Part shown: in pieces, positions 9,124 to 18,156 of the stretch
Position numbering within the stretch: position 1 is the first letter of the stretch
Layout: each line of letters opens with the position of its first letter
From: Deltaproteobacteria bacterium
GTDB lineage: Bacteria; Myxococcota_A; UBA9042; DTJE01
Direction: 5' to 3'
Assembly: GCA_029547805.1 (NCBI GenBank)
Contig: JAKPOP010000010.1
Location: 680,452-744,451 of the forward strand
Length of the DNA: 64,000 bases
Notes under the pieces: generated by a model
Told to the model about the DNA's origin: nothing
Seen by the model: only the letters and a program-made list of their open reading frames with translations
Database searches by the model: none
Translations under genes and position numbers: made by a program

Positions 9124-9678
9124 CGATCACGCTCCTTGAACCAGGGGCCATGCCCCGACCACGCCCGAATGCCTCGGGCCTTCCGGCGCCCGCCCCACTG
9201 GCTGGCAACCGGTCCCTCCTGGATCAGGTCTGCCTCGACTCACGGTATCGATCTGATCCTGGGGTCATGAAGGCCGGTGGGACCACAGAACCCGGGAACG
9301 CGGATCGAACGTGGACAGGGTAGCCACCTCCAGAAGCAGGTCGATGATAACGCTTTGCCAGGAAAAGTCAACAAGCCCAAGGACAGCCATTGAACGACTC
9401 GACACAACCGACCGTTCTGACAGGGAATTCGCCGTCACGAGGGGGACGCTCGGGGGGAGGTCGGGGCCGGGTCGCTGCGGTCCCGGCGTGGCAGAATGGG
9501 GAGGCCGGACCCCCGGTTGGCCGACGCCGCCAGGGCGGAGTCGCCAGGGGGATCCGCTCCCAGGGCCGGATTTCGCATTGCACCGCCTCATGGGGATGCT
9601 ACAAGACACCGGAGGGCCGGCGGACATCCCCGGGACCGCCGGTGACGGAACTCCCGGGAAGACCAGGAGAGGACGCCC

Positions 9679-11907
9679 ATGTTCGACATCGAGAGGTCCC
9701 TGGAAACGCGGCTGCTGGAAATGGGGCGGGACCGGCCCACGGTGGTCTTCGTCGAGGCCCTGGATCCCCGGGTGCTGGAGGCCGTCTGCCACCTCACCCG
9801 CTTCTGTCGCCCGGTGCTGCTGGCCTCCCGGGAGGAGGTCCTGGAGTGCGTCCGGCAGCACCTCCAACACGTGGACCCGGCCCGGGTGGAGTACGCCCTC
9901 TCGGAGTGCGCCTTCATCCCGGTCCCGGAACAGGAGGACCTGCTCCGGGAGTTCGAGGAGGCCATTCGGGACCGCCCCGACTGCCGCTGGATCGCCCCGG
10001 AGGCGCAGGGAAGACGCAGCCGGGTGCTGGACCCGGGGATCTTCGGACTCTTCGCGGTCCGGCTGGGCCATGCGGACGTCGTGGTCGGCGGGGCGGCCCA
10101 TGCCCCGAAGGACTGGTTCCGGCCCATGCTCCGGCTCTTCGCCACCCGCCGTGACGTCTGCGAGGCCGGGATCTTCGTGCTGCCCGACGATCACCCCACG
10201 GAGATGTTCCCGAACAACATCGTGGTGTTCGGCGACGTGGCCGTGAACGCGACGATGACCCCCGACGTGCTGGCGGAGGTGGCGGTGGGGACCTGCGCCG
10301 TGGCCCGAGACATCATCCCCGAGGAGGTCCTGCCGACGATCCACGGGGCCATCGTCTCCTACTCGAACCGGGGATCCGACGAGGGCCCGTCCCCCATGCT
10401 GGTCCGGGCGGCGATGGAGAGGGTCCCGGAGGTGCTTGCCCGACGCATCACCCGTGGGGAGCGCTATCGGAGCATCCGGATCTCCGGGGAGGTGAAGATC
10501 AGCGCGGCCCTCTCCCAGCGATCGGCGGCCTACCACCTCCAGGGCGGCGAAGGGGGCCCTCTGGACCCCATCAACGTGGTGATCTGCCCGAACCTGGACA
10601 TGGGAAACCTGCTCTACAACCTCTACGCGGTCCGGTTCCCCCAGGCGCGGAAGTTCCCCCTCCTGACCGGCGTCGGGAGCCAGGCGGTGGACCTGGCGAT
10701 GGACACCGCGCCGGAGGATGTCCGGCTGGCCGTGAAGGCCACCCTGCTGCGCCTGCACCTCCACGGGGGATGGAACCGCACCCCGAAGGACACCTTCTTC
10801 CCACGCTACCGGGTGCTCGCAATCAATCCCGGAAGCACCTCGACCAAGATCGCCGTGTACGAGAACGATCGGGAGGTCTTCACCGAGGAGGTGCAGCACT
10901 CCCGCGAGGAGATGGCCCCCTTCGAGGGAAGACGCATCGTCGAGCAGTACGCCATGCGGCGCGACGCGGTGCTGGCGGCCCTGGCTCGCCACGGGCTGTG
11001 CCTCGCGGACATCGACGCCGTGTCGGCCCGGGGAGGCCTGGTGCGGCCGATTCCCCACGGGACCTACCGGGTGGACGAGGCGCTGATCCGGGACCTCCAG
11101 ACCGGGGTCCAGGGAGACCACGCCTCCAACCTCGGGGGGCTCATTGCGGACCAGTTGACCGCGGGTACCGGGAAGCCGGCCTTCATCGTGGACCCGGTGG
11201 TCGTGGACGAGGTCCCCTCCCGGGTCAAGATCACGGGCCTCCGGGAGATCCGGAGGCGGGTCATCAGCCATGCCCTGAACCAGGTCGCCACGGCCCGGCG
11301 CTTTGCCGAGGAGCAGGAGACCTTCTACGAGCGGGTCAACGTGGTGGTGGCGCACCTGGGGGGCGGAATCACGGTGGGAGCCCACCACCAGGGGCGCTAT
11401 GTGGACGTCAACAACGGCCTGGACGGGGAGGGCCCCTTCACCCCGGAGCGTTCGGGGTCCTTGCCGGTGGGCCAGCTGATCGACCTCTGCTTCAGCGGCC
11501 GGTACACCCGGGAGCACTTGAAGGCCCTCAACAAGGGCCGGGGAGGCCTGATGGACCTGCTCGGGACCAAGGACCTCCGGGAGGTGGAACGGCGCATCGC
11601 CGAGGGAGATGCCTGGGCCGCCGAGGTCTTCGAGGCCCTGGCCTACCAGGTCGCCAAGTGGGTCTGTTCGCTGCTGCCGGCCTTCGACGGGGAGCCCCTC
11701 GACGCGGTGATCCTGACCGGGGGCATGGCCCGGAGCCAGGCCCTGACCGGGCGCATCCGGGACTTCCTCCGGGCCCTGCCCTGTCCGGTGCGGGTCTACC
11801 CCGGGGAAAACGAGATGATGGCGCTGGTGAAGGGGGCCCTCCGGGTCCTCCATGGACGGGAACCGGCGCTCCTCTATCGTCCCGCCCCGCCCGTCGAGTC
11901 TCCCTGA
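9679..11907 (+). CDS. Fused phosphate acyl(butyryl/acetyl)transferase - butyrate/acetate kinase (Ptb/Pta-like N-terminal half + Buk-like C-terminal half)
   Basis: 742 aa. N-terminal roughly 340 aa has a phosphotransacylase fold. C-terminal half starts RVLAINPGSTSTKIAVYEND... (butyrate-kinase N-motif) and ends with the ASKHA-fold kinase region. SD GGAGAGGA upstream. Confidence 0.85.
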   Translation: MFDIERSLETRLLEMGRDRPTVVFVEALDPRVLEAVCHLTRFCRPVLLASREEVLECVRQHLQHVDPARVEYALSECAFIPVPEQEDLLREFEEAIRDRPDCRWIAPEAQGRRSRVLDPGIFGLFAVRLGHADVVVGGAAHAPKDWFRPMLRLFATRRDVCEAGIFVLPDDHPTEMFPNNIVVFGDVAVNATMTPDVLAEVAVGTCAVARDIIPEEVLPTIHGAIVSYSNRGSDEGPSPMLVRAAMERVPEVLARRITRGERYRSIRISGEVKISAALSQRSAAYHLQGGEGGPLDPINVVICPNLDMGNLLYNLYAVRFPQARKFPLLTGVGSQAVDLAMDTAPEDVRLAVKATLLRLHLHGGWNRTPKDTFFPRYRVLAINPGSTSTKIAVYENDREVFTEEVQHSREEMAPFEGRRIVEQYAMRRDAVLAALARHGLCLADIDAVSARGGLVRPIPHGTYRVDEALIRDLQTGVQGDHASNLGGLIADQLTAGTGKPAFIVDPVVVDEVPSRVKITGLREIRRRVISHALNQVATARRFAEEQETFYERVNVVVAHLGGGITVGAHHQGRYVDVNNGLDGEGPFTPERSGSLPVGQLIDLCFSGRYTREHLKALNKGRGGLMDLLGTKDLREVERRIAEGDAWAAEVFEALAYQVAKWVCSLLPAFDGEPLDAVILTGGMARSQALTGRIRDFLRALPCPVRVYPGENEMMALVKGALRVLHGREPALLYRPAPPVESP

Positions 11908-11920
11908 TCCCACCCGGGAA

Positions 11921-11967
11921 CGAAGACCCGGGGCCGCCCCGGGCGTTGGAAAGCCCCGGGCTTTTTC
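11921..11967 (+). terminator. Candidate intrinsic terminator after ptb-buk (GC hairpin CCCGGGG-CCG-CCCCGGG, then AAAGCC-CCG-GGCTTTTT)
   Basis: Inverted repeats read directly. The second hairpin is followed by a T5 run about 55 nt downstream of the stop codon. Confidence 0.45.
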
Positions 11968-12007
11968 CGATAATGGGGGTCGCCTGTTGATCGGGAGAGG
12001 GAACGAC

Positions 12008-14161
12008 ATGGAATCCCGTCGATGTCCGGGAAGTCGCCTGGTGGGGATCGTGCTGGTGATGGTCTGGACCTTCGCCTGTGGCGGGGGATCCGGGACCGGG
12101 GGGATCGACGTGCTGCCCGAGGACCTGTCCGGCGTGCCGGACGGATCCCTGCCCGACGAGGCGCTGCCGGACAACGCAGCCCCCGACGCCGAGGTCGCCG
12201 GGCCGGACCTCGCGCCCGATGCGCCGGCGGACCTCGGGTCCACCGAGGACGTCGGCGGCGGAACCGACGTCCAGGCCTTCTGCCAGACCGACCAGGAGTG
12301 CGACGACGAGAACGCCTGCACGACGGATCGGTGCGTGGCCGGTCGCTGCGTGCTGTCGCGTCTGGTCTGCAACGACCTGGACCCCTGCACGATCGACTTC
12401 TGCGACCCGGTCAAGGGATGTGGGACGCTGCCGGTGGAGGGGTGCGTCACCCCCGTCTGCGAGAAGGCCACGGACTGCAATGACTCGGACCCCTGCTCCG
12501 AGGACCTCTGCGATGCGACCACCGGGACCTGCTTCTACCGGCCCGTGACCTGCGATGACAACGACCCCTGCACGGTGGACTCCTGCACGCCGGGAGTGGG
12601 GTGCGTCTCCTGGAGGGACGGGTCCTGCTCCAGGTGCCTGCTGGACTCGGAGTGCGACGACCGGGATGTCTGCACCACCGATCGCTGCGTCGACGGGGCC
12701 TGCACGCACCTGCTCACGGTCTGCGACGACAAGAACCCCTGCACCCAGGATCGCTGCGACCCCCGGAAGGGTTGCCTGGCGGTGCCCCTTGCGGGATGCG
12801 GCCCGTGCCAGACCAACGACGAGTGCGACGACGGGGACGTCTGCACCCAGGACGCCTGCAAGGACGGCCAGTGCCTGCACCAGGACGTCCCCTGCGACGA
12901 TGGCAATGCCTGCACCGCCGATCGGTGCGTCCGGGGCCCGGGCTATCCCTACTGCGCCTATGACAGCCTCCCGGAGGGAACGGCCTGCGACGACCAGGAC
13001 CCCTGCACCGGACCCGACATCTGCTCCCAGAAGACCTGTGTCGGGACGCCGTTGTCCTGCGATGACGGAGACCCGTGCACCCAGGACTCCTGCGACCCGG
13101 CGGCCGGCGGATGCCTGCACGTCCGGATCCCGGGCTGCGGCACCGGGTGCACCGGCGATGCGGCCTGCGACGACCACGACCTCTGCACGACGGACCGGTG
13201 CGTGAAGGGCCTCTGCCAGAACACCCCGGTCTCCTGCGACGACGGCAATGCCTGCACCGCCGATTCCTGCGACCCGAAGACCGGGACCTGTGTCTTCGAG
13301 GCCATTCCCGGCTGCGGGACGAAGTGCCAGGTGGACGCCGACTGCAACGACAACGACGTCTGCACCCGGGACAAGTGCGTGAACGGGGCCTGCCAGTTCA
13401 CCGCCATCGTCTGCAACGACAACAACCCCTGCACGGTCAACGACCGGTGCGTCCGGGGACCGGGCTACCCCTACTGTGCCTACGACCCGGCCCCCGATGG
13501 GACCGCCTGCGACGACGGGAACCTGTGCACCCAGAAGGACCAGTGCCTCCAGAAGACCTGCACGGGCACCGCGGTCTCCTGTGATGACGGCGATCCCTGC
13601 ACGACCGACGCCTGCGACCCCGCCAAGGGCTGCACCCACACCGCGATCCCGAACTGCAATGTGAAGTGCCAGGCCGACGCCGACTGCAACGACAACGACG
13701 TCTGCACCCGGGACAGGTGCGTGAACGGCCTCTGCCAGTTCACGGCGATCATCTGCAACGACAACAATCCCTGCACGGTCAATGACCGGTGCGTCCGGGG
13801 ACCGGGCTACCCCTACTGCGCCTACGATCCGGCCCCCGACGGGACCGCCTGCGACGACGGGAACCTCTGTACCCAGAGGGACCAGTGCCTCCAGAAGACC
13901 TGCACGGGCACCGCGGTCTCCTGCGACGACGGGAATCCCTGCACCACGGATGCCTGCGACGCCACCAGCGGGAAGTGCAGCCACACGGCCATCCCCGACT
14001 GCGTGACCCCCTGCCGGACCTCCAGGCAGTGCGACGACGGCAATCCCTCCACCTGCGACTGCTGCTGTGCCCTGTCGGGGTCCGCCTACCAGTGCTACAA
14101 CGTCGCCTCCCCCGTGGGCGTGTGCCCCCCCTGCACCCAGGTCCCGGGCTGCGTCCAGTGA
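12008..14161 (+). CDS. Secreted Cys-rich repeat lipoprotein (myxobacterial-type CxDxxxCTxDxC...CDDxNxCTxDxCDPxxGxC modules)
   Basis: Start at ATG 12008 (M53 of the track ORF) gives signal peptide MESRRCPGSRLVGIVLVMVWTFACGGG with a lipobox-like FAC. SD GGGAGAGGG upstream. About 18 Cys-rich modules. 718 aa. Confidence 0.8.
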   Translation: MESRRCPGSRLVGIVLVMVWTFACGGGSGTGGIDVLPEDLSGVPDGSLPDEALPDNAAPDAEVAGPDLAPDAPADLGSTEDVGGGTDVQAFCQTDQECDDENACTTDRCVAGRCVLSRLVCNDLDPCTIDFCDPVKGCGTLPVEGCVTPVCEKATDCNDSDPCSEDLCDATTGTCFYRPVTCDDNDPCTVDSCTPGVGCVSWRDGSCSRCLLDSECDDRDVCTTDRCVDGACTHLLTVCDDKNPCTQDRCDPRKGCLAVPLAGCGPCQTNDECDDGDVCTQDACKDGQCLHQDVPCDDGNACTADRCVRGPGYPYCAYDSLPEGTACDDQDPCTGPDICSQKTCVGTPLSCDDGDPCTQDSCDPAAGGCLHVRIPGCGTGCTGDAACDDHDLCTTDRCVKGLCQNTPVSCDDGNACTADSCDPKTGTCVFEAIPGCGTKCQVDADCNDNDVCTRDKCVNGACQFTAIVCNDNNPCTVNDRCVRGPGYPYCAYDPAPDGTACDDGNLCTQKDQCLQKTCTGTAVSCDDGDPCTTDACDPAKGCTHTAIPNCNVKCQADADCNDNDVCTRDRCVNGLCQFTAIICNDNNPCTVNDRCVRGPGYPYCAYDPAPDGTACDDGNLCTQRDQCLQKTCTGTAVSCDDGNPCTTDACDATSGKCSHTAIPDCVTPCRTSRQCDDGNPSTCDCCCALSGSAYQCYNVASPVGVCPPCTQVPGCVQ
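13322..14001 (+). repeat. Near-perfect tandem duplication (2 x about 340 bp, about 93% identical) inside the Cys-rich lipoprotein gene
   Basis: Copy 1 is about 13322-13661 (GAAGTGCCAGGTGGACGCCGACTGCAACGACAACGACGTCTGCACCCGGGACAAGTGCGTGAACGG...). Copy 2 is about 13662-14001 (GAAGTGCCAGGCCGACGCCGACTGCAACGACAACGACGTCTGCACCCGGGACAGGTGCGTGAACGG...). Earlier modules are far more diverged. Confidence 0.8.
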
Positions 14162-14164
14162 CCG

Positions 14165-15943
14165 ATGCCGATGGGAAGCGCCGAACGGCCCCGGGCCGGC
14201 AGGGCCGGTACGATCCGGAGGCACGCCCCCGTGCGACGACGAATCGCCACCGCGATCGCCTGCTGGGTCTGGGCCACCGGCTGTGGGATCCCGGAGGGAA
14301 TCGGGCCGGATCCCAGAGTCCCGGGGACTCCGGACACGGCGGACCCGGCGGACCCCGGCTCGGAGACGCGAGACGACGGCGCCGGGGATGCGGCGATGAC
14401 CACCGACCGAGAGACAGACCCGGGCCAGTCCCAGGGAGAGGGGGTCGGTCGGGAGGTCCCGGAGGTGGACCCCCTGCACGACGGCGATCCCCCGGCCGAC
14501 GGCAGTCCCCCGGACCTGGGCCCCCGGACCGACCTCCCGGACCAGGACCCGATGCCAGACCCGGGGACTGGCCCGGCGCCCTGGCGGTCCTCGGTGTCTC
14601 GGGAGGAGATCCGTGCGTTGTTGCAGCACTGCGACAGGACCGCCCTGGAGGACCTCCTGGAGACTCGCTACGACGGGCCGGTCTGCGATGACCGGGGCTG
14701 CACGCTGATCACCGACCCGGGGCCCGGAGCCGTCTCGATCCGCGGGTCCTTCAACGGCTGGAGCGAGACGGCCATGACCCCCGTTCCCTGCGCCCCGGGG
14801 ACCTTCCTGGCGGAGGTGGGCCCGGTGCCCCCAGGGTCCGACGCCTGGGAATACCGGATCTTTCATGATGGCCAGTGGAGAGACGACCCCCGGAACCGCT
14901 ACATCCGGTTCAGCGACCTGGCCATCAACGGGGCCATGTACCGTCCCGGGGTACCCCGCCTGGCCCGGGTCCAGGGACTCCGGTCCGAGGCCCTCCCGCT
15001 CCCCAGAGACGTCTATGTCTTCGTGCCGGCAGAGGCCTATGAGGACCCCCTCCGGCGATTTCCGGTCCTGCTGCTCCAGGATGGCTGGAACGTCTTCGAC
15101 AACCCCCGGGCCCCCTTCGGGTCCTGGAGGGTGGACCGGTCGGCCCGGGCCCTGATCGAGGCCGGTGCCATCGAACCGGTCCTGCTGGTCGGCATCGCCA
15201 CCGCGGACCGGATCAACGAGTACCTCTACACGGACCTCTGGGTCAGCGGGTCGGGGCAGTCGTTCCAGGTCAAGCCCCGACTTCCCGACTATGCCGACCT
15301 GTTGATCCAGGTGGTCCTGCCGGCGATCCGGTCAGGGTTCCCGGCACGGACCGGACCGCGGAACACCGCCATCGGCGGGTCGTCCCTCGGGGGCATCTCG
15401 GCCTTCTGGATCGCCTGGCATCACCCGGAGGTCTTCGGCATGGTCGCCGCCCTCTCGCCCTCGTTCTGGGTCGGGGAGCCGGGCAGCGGGACCGAGGAAA
15501 AGCCCTCGATGCGGGAACTGATCGCGGCCCAGCCGCCGACTCCGGCCCAGCGTGCGTTGCAGATCTACCTGGACAGCGGGGACGGGGGCTATTCACCCGG
15601 CGGAGGTGATGACCCGCCCTATGCCTGGGATGGCCGGGCCTACACCGACTGGACCCGCAACCTGTTGATCCAGCTGGGTTGGCCCAATCGGCCCGAATGG
15701 GACACCGACGGAGACCCGGCGACGGCCCCCGAGGACCTTCCGCTGGAGACGGACCCTGACCGGGTCCCTGCGTTGCGATGGTCCGCCACGACCCCCGCCG
15801 GCTATCGCGACCTGGACGCCTACCTCCGGCCCGATCTGTCGCTGCTGAGCCTCCTGGGGGTCGGACATCCGCACAACGAGGCCGCCTGGGAGCAGCGCTT
15901 CCCCACAGCGCTGCGCTTCCTCTTTCCCGGCGAGTCACCGTAG
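14165..15943 (+). CDS. Putative esterase (esterase-D/enterochelin-esterase-like alpha/beta hydrolase) with an N-terminal Ig-like/early-set domain. Probable lipoprotein.
   Basis: GGSSLGG nucleophile elbow. N-terminal SIRGSFNGWSE...WEYRIFHDGQW resembles CBM48/E-set. An alternative GTG start at 14231 gives signal VRRRIATAIACWVWATGCG with a lipobox. Confidence 0.75.
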   Translation: MPMGSAERPRAGRAGTIRRHAPVRRRIATAIACWVWATGCGIPEGIGPDPRVPGTPDTADPADPGSETRDDGAGDAAMTTDRETDPGQSQGEGVGREVPEVDPLHDGDPPADGSPPDLGPRTDLPDQDPMPDPGTGPAPWRSSVSREEIRALLQHCDRTALEDLLETRYDGPVCDDRGCTLITDPGPGAVSIRGSFNGWSETAMTPVPCAPGTFLAEVGPVPPGSDAWEYRIFHDGQWRDDPRNRYIRFSDLAINGAMYRPGVPRLARVQGLRSEALPLPRDVYVFVPAEAYEDPLRRFPVLLLQDGWNVFDNPRAPFGSWRVDRSARALIEAGAIEPVLLVGIATADRINEYLYTDLWVSGSGQSFQVKPRLPDYADLLIQVVLPAIRSGFPARTGPRNTAIGGSSLGGISAFWIAWHHPEVFGMVAALSPSFWVGEPGSGTEEKPSMRELIAAQPPTPAQRALQIYLDSGDGGYSPGGGDDPPYAWDGRAYTDWTRNLLIQLGWPNRPEWDTDGDPATAPEDLPLETDPDRVPALRWSATTPAGYRDLDAYLRPDLSLLSLLGVGHPHNEAAWEQRFPTALRFLFPGESP

Positions 15944-16055
15944 ACCCCCAGGCCTTCCGCCCTCCGTCGCGACGGAGCCCGGGGATCCCATGGGGGCGAC
16001 ACTCCTGGCAGGTGGCCCTTGCTCCAGCGGCCTTGCGACGCCAGCGAGCGGGCCG

Positions 16056-16084
16056 CTTGACGAGGCGCAGGCAGCCCCCCACAA
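16056..16084 (+). promoter_or_regulatory. Candidate sigma70-like promoter TTGACG-N17-CACAAT upstream of the MoxR/Bat operon
   Basis: Hexamers read directly about 75 nt upstream of moxR start 16158. SD CAAGGAGGTGG precedes the ATG. Confidence 0.35.
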
Positions 16085-16157
16085 TGCCCCCGCCGGGAAT
16101 AGGAATCGCGTCCAGGGGGTTCCGTGCCCGGTGGACCGGCAAGGAGGTGGGGTCGCC

Positions 16158-17147
16158 ATGGAACAGGACGTCCGGGTGCTGACGGAGATGGTCCGCAAGG
16201 AAAGCGCCTTCGTGGACCGGGTGGTCGGGGAGATCGCCAAGGTGGTGGTGGGGCAGCGAGACCTGGTGGATCGGATCCTGATCGCCCTTCTCTGCCGGGG
16301 GCACGTGCTGCTGGAGGGGGTTCCGGGCCTCGCCAAGACCCTGACGGTGAAGACGGTGGCCCAGGTCCTCGACGCCTCCTTTGCCCGGATTCAGTTCACC
16401 CCGGACCTGCTCCCGGCGGACCTGACCGGGACCCAGGTCTTCAACCCCCAGACGGGGTCCTTCCACGTCAAGAAGGGCCCGATCTTCGCCGGGATCGTGC
16501 TGGCCGACGAGGTGAACCGCGCCCCGGCCAAGGTCCAGTCGGCGCTGCTGGAGGCGATGCAGGAGCGCCAGGTCACCATCGGGGACCAGACCTACCGACT
16601 TCCGGATCCCTTCCTGGTCCTGGCGACCCAGAATCCCATCGAGCAGGAGGGCACCTATCCCCTCCCCGAGGCCCAGATCGATCGATTCATGCTGATGGTG
16701 CGGGTCACCTACCCCTCCCGGGACGAGGAACTCCAGGTCATGGAGCGCATGGCGCTCTCGGAGCCTCCCCGGGTGGACCGGGTCCTGACGCTCGGGGAAC
16801 TGGACCGGGCCCGGTCGGTCCTCGGCGAGATCTACATGGACCCCAAGGTGAAGGAGTACATCGTGGATCTGGTGCTGGCGACCCGCCGGCCCGAGGACTA
16901 CGGGGCGGCCTCCCTGAAGCCCTACATCCGCTACGGGGCGTCGCCGCGAGCCACGATCTACTGGAACGAGGCCGCCCGGGCCCACGCCTTCCTCCGACAC
17001 CGGGGCTACGTGATTCCCGAGGACGTGAAGGCGGTGGGGCTGGACGTGCTCCGGCACCGGGTCATCCTCTCCTACGAGGCGGAGGCGGACAACGTGACGG
17101 CCGAGGACCTGCTGAAGCGGGTCTTCGATTCGGTGGCGGTCCCGTGA
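16158..17147 (+). CDS. MoxR-family AAA+ ATPase
   Basis: Start at MEQDVRVL (M57 of the track ORF). Walker A GVPGLAKT, Walker B LADEVNR, and typical MoxR length of 329 aa. Confidence 0.9.
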   Translation: MEQDVRVLTEMVRKESAFVDRVVGEIAKVVVGQRDLVDRILIALLCRGHVLLEGVPGLAKTLTVKTVAQVLDASFARIQFTPDLLPADLTGTQVFNPQTGSFHVKKGPIFAGIVLADEVNRAPAKVQSALLEAMQERQVTIGDQTYRLPDPFLVLATQNPIEQEGTYPLPEAQIDRFMLMVRVTYPSRDEELQVMERMALSEPPRVDRVLTLGELDRARSVLGEIYMDPKVKEYIVDLVLATRRPEDYGAASLKPYIRYGASPRATIYWNEAARAHAFLRHRGYVIPEDVKAVGLDVLRHRVILSYEAEADNVTAEDLLKRVFDSVAVP

Positions 17148-17178
17148 CCGGGGCCGGCTCCCGGAGACGGGGGATCCC

Positions 17179-18156
17179 ATGATGGGATGGTTCGGACAGG
17201 ACCGGCGACCCGCCATCGACCAGGAAGACCCCGGAGACGAGCAGGCCCTTCGGGGCGTGCTGGCACGGGTGCGACGCATCGAGGTGGTGGCCCAGCGGCT
17301 GGTCAACGAGCAGCTGGGCGGGCGCTACCACAGCATCTTCAAGGGGCGGGGCATGTCCTTCGACGAGGTGCGCCCCTACGCCCCGGGGGACGAGGTGCGC
17401 CTGATCGACTGGAACGTCTCGGCCCGCACCGGGCAGTTGCACGTGAAGCGCTTCGTCGAGGAACGGGAGCTCACGGTGATGCTGGTCGCCGATGCGAGCC
17501 TCTCGATGGACTTCGGCCTCTCGGCCGCCCGGTGGTCCGGGCGGGAGGGGATCCAGATCGCCGAGGACCGCAAGCGGGAGGTGGCGGCGCAGATCGCCGC
17601 GGCGGTGGCCCTCTCGGCCCAGATCAACGGCGACCGGGTCGGCCTGCTGGTGTTCGGGGACCAGGTGGTGCGGTTCATCCCCCCGAAGAAGGGACGCCGC
17701 CATGCCCTCCGGGTGATCCGGGAGGTCCTGACGATGCGCCACGGGGGCTCCCCGACGGACCTGGCCGGGGCCCTGTCCTACCTGGGTCGCGTGCTCAAGC
17801 GCCGGGCGGCCCTCTTCCTGATCTCCGACTTCCACGTGGGGGACTTCGAGCGGGAACTGCGAGTGGCGGTGCGCCGACACGACGTCCACGCCTTCCTGGT
17901 CCGGGACCCGGTGGAGGGGGACCTGCCCGAGGCGGGCCTTGTGACGCTGCGGGACCTGGAGTCGGGGGAACGGGTCGTGGTCCCGACGGACCGGAAGACC
18001 CGGGAGCGCTATCGCCAGCTGGTCCGGGCGGAGGAGGACCGCTGCCGGCAGGTCTGGGACCGCTACCGGGTTCCCTGGACCCGGTTCTCGACCGACGAGT
18101 CCTACGAGCGGGCGCTGACCAGGCACTTCGCCCGACTGAAGGGGAAGACGCTGTGA
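17179..18156 (+). CDS. DUF58 protein (MoxR-associated, VWA-like)
   Basis: 325 aa. Conserved DUF58 core (FKGRGMSFDEVRPYAPGDEVRLIDWNVSART...VMLVADASLSM). Immediately downstream of moxR. Confidence 0.85.
   Translation: MMGWFGQDRRPAIDQEDPGDEQALRGVLARVRRIEVVAQRLVNEQLGGRYHSIFKGRGMSFDEVRPYAPGDEVRLIDWNVSARTGQLHVKRFVEERELTVMLVADASLSMDFGLSAARWSGREGIQIAEDRKREVAAQIAAAVALSAQINGDRVGLLVFGDQVVRFIPPKKGRRHALRVIREVLTMRHGGSPTDLAGALSYLGRVLKRRAALFLISDFHVGDFERELRVAVRRHDVHAFLVRDPVEGDLPEAGLVTLRDLESGERVVVPTDRKTRERYRQLVRAEEDRCRQVWDRYRVPWTRFSTDESYERALTRHFARLKGKTL

Noticed and set aside
9265-12522. 1085-aa minus-strand ORF opposite ptb-buk, and the similar 1112-aa ORF 11528..14866 opposite the Cys-rich lipoprotein
   Set aside because: Same low-complexity shadow-ORF composition. 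The real genes on the plus strand have clear catalytic or repeat motifs.
15270-17306. 678-aa minus-strand ORF over esterase/MoxR
   Set aside because: Shadow ORF. MoxR Walker motifs are on the plus strand.
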